Shown: positions 62,667 through 64,000 of the stretch, one piece after another
How the letters are laid out: each line of letters begins with the position of its first letter
How positions within the stretch are numbered: position 1 is the first letter of the stretch
Origin: an uncultured virus (IMG/VR IMGVR_UViG_3300043419_001095)
Taxonomy: Duplodnaviria; Heunggongvirae; Uroviricota; Caudoviricetes
Virus record (IMG/VR): IMGVR_UViG_3300043419_001095
Direction: 5' to 3' (one strand)
Length of the DNA stretch: 64,000 nt
Notes under the pieces: model-generated
Told to the model about the DNA's origin: nothing
Seen by the model: only the letters and a program-made list of their open reading frames with translations
The model's database searches: none
Program-made: the position numbers and the translations under genes

Positions 62667-64000
62667 GCCAGGTTCCCCGACACTACCGCACGAGTGGCAG
62701 TGATGAACAGGACGGTGGCCACGCCCCGCGTCTGTATGGTGAAAGAGCTGATGTCAGCGTCAGTCCCTGCCTTGTAGACGTCCGTGACAGCAGAGCAGGT
62801 GCAAGAGATGCTGCCGCTGGTGTTGTTGAAGATGCTGATGACATCGCCTGCCGCAAACACCCCTGAAGGGACAACCACACTGCCTCCAGTTCCCAGTTCA
62901 ACAAACTTGCCTACATCCGACGCCACCAGCGTGTAGCTGGTTGTCTTAGCACCGGACGGCGGGACATTGCGGTAGCCCACCTTGTTTGTGCCGTCCGCTG
63001 TGCAGTTGTCCAGGTTGCCGCTGGTGGGGGTCCCCAAAACGGGAGTGACAAGAGTGGGAGTGTTCGCAAAGACGTTGGCCCCGCTGCCCGTCTCGTCTGT
63101 GAGAGCCGCAGCCAGGTTGGCAGATGTAAACGACCCGAGAGAGGTGGCGTTGCCCACCGAGGTGATCGCCCCAGTGAGGTTGGCGTTGGTCGTCACGTTG
63201 CCCGCTGTCAAGCCTGCCGCCGTGCCAGTGATGTTCGTCCCGACAAGGGTCGAAGGCGTGCCCAGATTTGGCGTGACAAGGGTCGGGCTGTTTGCAAAGA
63301 CGTTGGCCCCGCTTCCTGTTTCGTCGGTCAGCGCACCGGCCAAATCTGCAGAGCTGAAGGACCCAAGGGAAGTAGCTGTCCCCATAGATGTCACGGCCCC
63401 GGTGAGGTTGCCCACGCCGGCCGCGTTGATGGTTTGATTGGGCCATGAGCCGGTGATCGTGACGTTTGTGCCTGCCACCAGGGCGGGAGTGGCTGTCCCC
63501 GTGCCACCGTTGGCAACAGGCAGCAGGCCCGTCACGCCTGTCGACAGAGGCAGCCCCGTGACATTGGTCAGCGTTCCGCTGGAAGGGGTGCCCAAGGCCG
63601 GCGCAACCAGCGTCGGGCTGCTCGAGAGTACGACGTTGCCCGTCCCTGTCGAAGTCGTAACTCCTGTGCCACCACTTGTGACAGGCAGCGCTGCGCCCAG
63701 GGTGAGCGCGCTGAAGTGCGACACCGCATCAATCACGTTCGTCCCATTGACAAACAGATGCATCTTTGCGCCGTTGGGGACCGTGATGCCTGTTCCAGCA
63801 GACGTCTTCACGGTGATGCTTTGGCCACCGGTCGTGCTGTTTTGCACGATGTACTGCTTTTGAATGGTCGGGACTACCAGTGCACGGGTCGCGGTCAGGG
63901 CGGTCGTGGACGTAGCGTTCAGCATCAAGGCTCGCGCTGTCTGCAGGGCAGGGCCCAGCAAGTCGGTGAGGTCAATGGTCAGGTCGGCGTCACTGGTAAA
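62663..64000 (-). CDS. tail fibre protein 2 (5' end outside the window)
   Basis: Paralogous to fibre 1 (QTARAL...VVPTI.KQYIVQN.TTGG.SITVKT); two ALTDETGSGANVFAN repeats; C-terminal YTLVASDVGK...VVSGNL. Confidence 0.85.
   Translation of the reverse strand, partial: FTSDADLTIDLTDLLGPALQTARALMLNATSTTALTATRALVVPTIQKQYIVQNSTTGGQSITVKTSAGTGITVPNGAKMHLFVNGTNVIDAVSHFSALTLGAALPVTSGGTGVTTSTGTGNVVLSSSPTLVAPALGTPSSGTLTNVTGLPLSTGVTGLLPVANGGTGTATPALVAGTNVTITGSWPNQTINAAGVGNLTGAVTSMGTATSLGSFSSADLAGALTDETGSGANVFANSPTLVTPNLGTPSTLVGTNITGTAAGLTAGNVTTNANLTGAITSVGNATSLGSFTSANLAAALTDETGSGANVFANTPTLVTPVLGTPTSGNLDNCTADGTNKVGYRNVPPSGAKTTSYTLVASDVGKFVELGTGGSVVVPSGVFAAGDVISIFNNTSGSISCTCSAVTDVYKAGTDADISSFTIQTRGVATVLFITATRAVVSGNLA

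Noticed and set aside
1..64000. tRNA genes, introns, inteins and alternative genetic code
   Set aside because: No cloverleaf or T-loop signature was seen in intergenic gaps by eye; core genes are uninterrupted and of normal length in the standard code.

Overview
The window is most of the genome of a tailed dsDNA phage. Gene content and order point to a podovirus-like phage resembling the HTVC010P/uvMED-type and freshwater uncultured Caudoviricetes group; this is family-level recognition from memory, not a database search. Almost all genes are on the minus strand. Left arm: tail-fibre/LamG cassette, head-tail connectors, capsid module (decoration proteins, major capsid, scaffold, GroES, portal), a 1362-aa low-complexity protein ending in an ADP-ribosyltransferase-like domain, and terminase large subunit. 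Middle: a repeat-rich non-coding segment (probable genome end), a ~5 kb early region built from terminator-promoter-hairpin-RBS cassettes and strikingly rich in CCWGG/GGCC, then VRR-NUC, terminase small subunit, an inverted-repeat-bounded AT-rich putative origin, and many small accessory ORFs. Next come family A DNA polymerase (Leu762 type), UvrD helicase, primase-polymerase, SSB, SNF2 helicase and a PD-(D/E)xK nuclease. Right arm: four probable ejection/internal virion proteins, tail nozzle, lysis cassette (GH19 endolysin plus several membrane proteins) and a second, paralogous tail-fibre cassette. No integrase, RNA polymerase, tRNA, CRISPR array or reverse transcriptase was seen. The most unusual signals are the CCWGG-dense early region, a short hydrophobic-x-x-GG tag shared by six late proteins, three structured RNA leaders (two pseudoknotted over the RBS), and an unannotated six-cysteine secreted miniprotein.
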